NCBI RefSeq assembly: GCF_006345805.1
Contig: NW_021836904.1
Location: 1 to 24,256 of the forward strand
From: Octopus sinensis
Taxonomy: Eukaryota
Length of the DNA stretch: 24,256 nt
Direction: 5' to 3'
Each line of letters begins with the position of its first letter. Within the stretch, counting starts at the first letter, position 1. A model generated the notes under the pieces. That model was not told the DNA's origin. It ran no database searches and was given only the letters and a program-made list of their open reading frames with translations. Below, piece after piece: positions 20,235 through 24,256 of the stretch. The translations under genes and the position numbers were made by a program.

Positions 20235-21045
20235 CCAGTATAGGCCCTTTTGCATACCCCTCCTAAACGGCTAGCATCACTTTATCTGCAGAAGATGAAT
20301 CTTGAATTTATTTTTCTCTGGCAATTCCGGGTGTTTCCACCCCATACTCTAACTTTTGAATTCTGGCTCAAAGTGATGGACCTAGGTTTCTTCCTCTTTG
20401 ACTATTCTCTCCAAAAATGTTTTGCCTCCATTATTGCGGCAGTTAAGTTAGTGTCGACAGATCTCCACACGATTGTGCTTACGTGCTTCTGCAACCTCTA
20501 TTGGTATCCATCTTGCACAGACTTTATGGGAGCAAAACTTGTCGTGGTTGATTTCGCATGCAGAACCATGACCACTTTGCAAAGAACGTTCCACCTCATC
20601 GATGGTTACTCAACGGTTGGCCAAAACCATCTCTCGAGCGTGTTGAATCCGCATTTCACTAGTGGCAGTTGATGGACATTCAGCTCGTTCTCCATGCCTC
20701 TCACTTGTCCAGCCATTTAAAACTTCTCAATCTACACATGCATACTTCTATATGGTAGAGCGCTGTCCTTATATTATACCGAACGGCTGCCATGAATTTC
20801 AGGCCCTGGCGCACCTTCAGACCCGAAAAATCTTATCACTGATATTTGTTCATCCTTGTGTACACTGCCAGCGGAGCGATTATGTTTACTCTGTAATATG
20901 AGAACACAGCTGAAGCGATGAAGGCCAAACCCCGGTTATGTAACTGCACGAATACTATCTTTTCTCACGCCAGCGTAGAAGACAGTGCGGGCAACCTAAA
21001 GACAGCTTTAGCGAAAGTACGGATAATTTTTGACTTCTCTTTGTA
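20235..21045 (-). mobile_element. Mariner (irritans-like) element, 5' half, defective
   Basis: Starts with TA and a TIR at 21045. Peptides EQISVIRFFGSEG, REMVLANR.VTIDEV, HKVCARWIP, FLERIVKEEET*VHHFEPE and DKVMLAV match mariner transposase motifs. Confidence 0.9.
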
Positions 21046-21564
21046 AATACACACACATATACATACACACATACACAAATACGCATGTGTAAAATATCAT
21101 ACGACAAGTCTTCTTGATTTATTAAAATTATTTCCGCTGCTAGAGGATATGTCAATTATCAAATGGCAATTAAGACTAGCTCCGACTGAAAAGGAAAGAT
21201 ATTGTGGAGATTCAAAATTTCTCCAGATTTGACATGCTATTAAGGAAATGGACAAGGCTATTGTCTGGAAATTAGATGACAGTAGTGGACAGGTGTGTCT
21301 GGCTCAATAACTCAAAAGCGTTCATCGGCATGGCAGCATTCTAAGTTATCTTCAAACCATTTCCTAAAGATCATGTCAAATCAGGGTAAAATTTTGGTTC
21401 TTTAGATTATCTCCCCTTTTCGCTGCTATTTAAGAATTAAAATACATTCTCAAGAGGCGGAGATGATTTTATTAGATCAAGAATTTATGTTCAATGATTT
21501 ATGATATAACTGTATTAAGCTATGTTGTTAAAACCATGGTGCTGGCTACTCTTTTATTTTTCTC

Positions 21565-21640
21565 AGTTTATATATGTATATATATATATATAATATATAT
21601 TATGTGTGTGTGTGTGTTGTGTGTTTATATATATATACAT

Positions 21641-21695
<55 letters not shown>

Positions 21696-21900
21696 TATAT
21701 AATATATATATATACACATAGGTATGTATGCATATATATCATATATTTATATACATACTGTATATGTACACAAATATTGTGCATACATGCATACATGCAT
21801 GCATACATACCACAAATGTGTGTATACATACACACGCACGCACACACACATACACCACACACACATATATGTGTATATATGTATATGTCTTGCGTGTTTT
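21565..21900. repeat. Compound TA/CA/TG microsatellite
   Basis: Directly visible. Confidence 0.93.
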
Positions 21901-21983
21901 TGTGTTTGTATCACACCTCAAATTTACAACCGGTATTGGTGTGTTTACGTCCTCTTAACTTACGCGACTCGGCAAAAGAGTCT
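21900..21983 (+). mobile_element. SINE-A tail fragment, cut off by a mariner end
   Basis: acaaccggtattggtgtgtttacgtcc...cggcaaaagag, then TA and the TIR. Confidence 0.7.
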
Positions 21984-22745
21984 TATAGGTTGGCCAAAAT
22001 ATCCGTTCGGTTTTTTAAGCAAAAATAAGACACAGGTTTTAAACAAAATACGATTTATTCAATCGGTGATATAATTACTGTTTCGTTCCAGTATCTTCTG
22101 TCATGTTGAGGTCAAATCCATTATTCCCTACTCAAAAAATGTCCTGTTATTACTAACAAAACAACGTCTTCCAGTTGAACTCTTACATCATCTTCAGAAT
22201 CGAAGGTCAGTGCATTCAATGAATTTAAAAAGATCGAAGCATATGGAAGTCTGAACGCGCAAGGTCTGGCGAATATGGTGGGTGCAGTAAAATTTTCTAG
22301 TCATGCCCCAATGACTTCTCTTGCATCTGCAAAGAAGTGTACTGTCTGGTGATGTCGTGATGAGAGACAATGCTCTTATGATTCGCAAATACTGGACCCC
22401 CTGGTGGATCACTACATTTAATTTGTCCAGCTGGTCATAGTATACATCCGTATTGATGGTCCTGTCCGTGAGAAGAAGCTTGTAACAGACAACACCCTTC
22501 CGATCTCACCAAATTGGAAGAATAACCGTCTTCGGATGAAGTCCTGCTTTGGAGGTTGTTTGTGGTGGTTTGCCACGCTTCCTCCGTGGTCGTTTGCGCT
22601 CCATATGGTTACAGACAATCCATTTTCATCCCCTGTCGCCATTCTCCTCAGAAAAAGATAGCTTCTTTAACATTTGTGCAACTAATCGCAGATGCCAAAC
22701 CGTTGGGTGCGGTCTGTCCCATTCCATTGACAATGGACTAAGGGG
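21984..22745 (-). mobile_element. Mariner element, 3' two-thirds, defective
   Basis: TIR TA-TAGGTTGGCCAAAATATCCGTTCGG at the left end. Minus-strand peptides FLRRMATGDE, SKAGLHPKTVILPIW, RTINTDVYYDQLDKL, a HPPYSPDL-like ctgcacccaccatattcgccagaccttgc, and LTFDSEDDV. Confidence 0.9.
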
Positions 22746-22942
22746 AGCAAGAGCACACACGAAGACGGAAAGTGTCGCCGAAGAGGTCACAGATGCGTGA
22801 CGAAAGATTTCCGGGCAATGGGCACGAGATAGAATAAGATCAATAATAAACGAGCGAAGAACGAATTCACAGTGCGTGTGTTTATTTAGCAAAAAAAAAA
22901 AAAAAAGAAAATGCGACCGCGCCGAAATACAACATTATATTT

Positions 22943-23143
22943 ATTCTTTTACTTGTTTCAGTCATTTGACTGTAGCCATGCTGGAGCAAAGCCTTAAAGG
23001 ATTTTTTTAGTCGAAGAAATTGACCCCAGGACTTATTCTTTGAAAGCCTAGTACTTATTCTATGGGGTCCTTTCGCCGAACCGCTATGTTACGGAGACAT
23101 AAACACTCCAGCATCGGTTGTCAAGCGATGGCGGTGGGACAAA

Positions 23144-23205
<62 letters not shown>

Positions 23206-23388
23206 ATAAATATATATATACATATATACGACGGACTTCTTTCAGTTTCTGTCTACAAAATCCACTCACAAGGCTTTAGTCGGTGCGAGGCAGTAGTAGA
23301 AGACTCTTGCCCAGGGTGCCGCGCTGTGGGACTGAACCTGGAACCTTGTGGTTGTGAAGCAAACTTCTTACCACACTGCCACGCCTAT
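22943..23388 (-). mobile_element. SINE-A, full length
   Basis: Reverse complement of tail, (CA)n/(TA)n and head ending cttaccacactgccacgcct. Confidence 0.92.
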
Positions 23389-23406
23389 AGATAGACGGCC
23401 AGACAT

Positions 23407-23454
<48 letters not shown>

Positions 23455-23661
23455 ATAAATAGATAGATGGATGAATAGATTGATAAATACATCGATAGAT
23501 AGATAGATATAGATAGATAAATAAACAGACAAATAGACAGACAGAGACAGACAGACAGACAGACAGATAGATAGATAGATAGATAGATATAGACAGACAG
23601 ACAGATAGATAGATATAGATGGATAGATAGCTAGATAGATAGATGGATGGATGGATGGATG

Positions 23662-23713
<52 letters not shown>

Positions 23714-23792
23714 GATAGATATAGACAGATAGATAGATATAGATAGATAGATAGATATAGACAGATATATATAGATAGAGAGATAGATAGAT

Positions 23793-23833
<41 letters not shown>

Positions 23834-23862
23834 CAAACAAACAGATAGAGAGATAGATAGAT

Positions 23863-23903
<41 letters not shown>

Positions 23904-23912
23904 CAAACAAAC

Positions 23913-23948
<36 letters not shown>

Positions 23949-23955
23949 GGATAGA
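23388..23955. repeat. Long (GATA)n array with GACA/GGAT/AAAT variants
   Basis: Directly visible, about 570 bp. It produces the IYLS ORFs. Confidence 0.97.
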
Positions 23956-24256
23956 CAGACCTAGATTTACATAACATTATCAATAAAAAAATTTTCTTTC
24001 CTTTTTCCCCGTCACTTGCTGGAATGTCTCTTGTGATTAAACGTGTGCTCACCCTTATTGCTAATCTTCCGACTTGGGTATCGTATGTGGCCTTATCACG
24101 TTGCTCTGGACAGGTAACCACAAGCTCTCTCTTTCTCTTTTTCTCCGTGTCTCCGTTTATATATACACATATAGACAAAGATATACAAGAAAATAGAAAG
24201 ATAAATGGAAGAGAGAGAGGGGGGAGCGAGAGCGAGAGGGGTGTGAGAGGGGAGGG

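Noticed and set aside
22745-22930. GC-richer segment after the mariner homology ends
   Set aside because: It does not continue the transposase frame and shows no TIR, ORF or structure I can assign.
23276-24178. 300-aa ORF, the longest in the track
   Set aside because: It is a translation of the (TATC)n array plus a SINE-A head.

Overview
This is repeat-saturated, AT-rich eukaryotic non-coding DNA (intergenic or intronic). The SINE families and repeat mix suggest an octopus genome; that is an inference from recalled family features, not a search. I can support no intact host gene, RNA gene or CRISPR array, and most ORFs in the supplied track are microsatellite translations or SINE reading frames. 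The window holds three longer tRNA-derived SINE families, labelled here A (CORE-like, with an internal microsatellite), B (partly dimeric) and C, plus a mini-SINE. It also holds a complete non-autonomous Helitron, mariner remnants of several lineages, a hAT remnant, L1/Tx1 fragments, the 3' end of a CR1/L2-type LINE, a Dong/R4-type LINE sitting in a (TAA)n array, and Penelope-like remnants. The strongest observations are: (1) two decayed minimal hammerhead ribozymes with the same architecture; (2) a LINE 3' end that matches the tail of SINE-A, a candidate partner LINE; (3) a ~1.7-kb tandem duplication of a nested mariner/L1/SINE unit; (4) a tail-to-tail inverted SINE pair; (5) two near-perfect foldbacks; (6) the internal microsatellite of SINE-A acting as a landing pad for other elements. 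I found no convincing new protein-coding system. Boundaries were read by eye and are approximate unless stated as exact.
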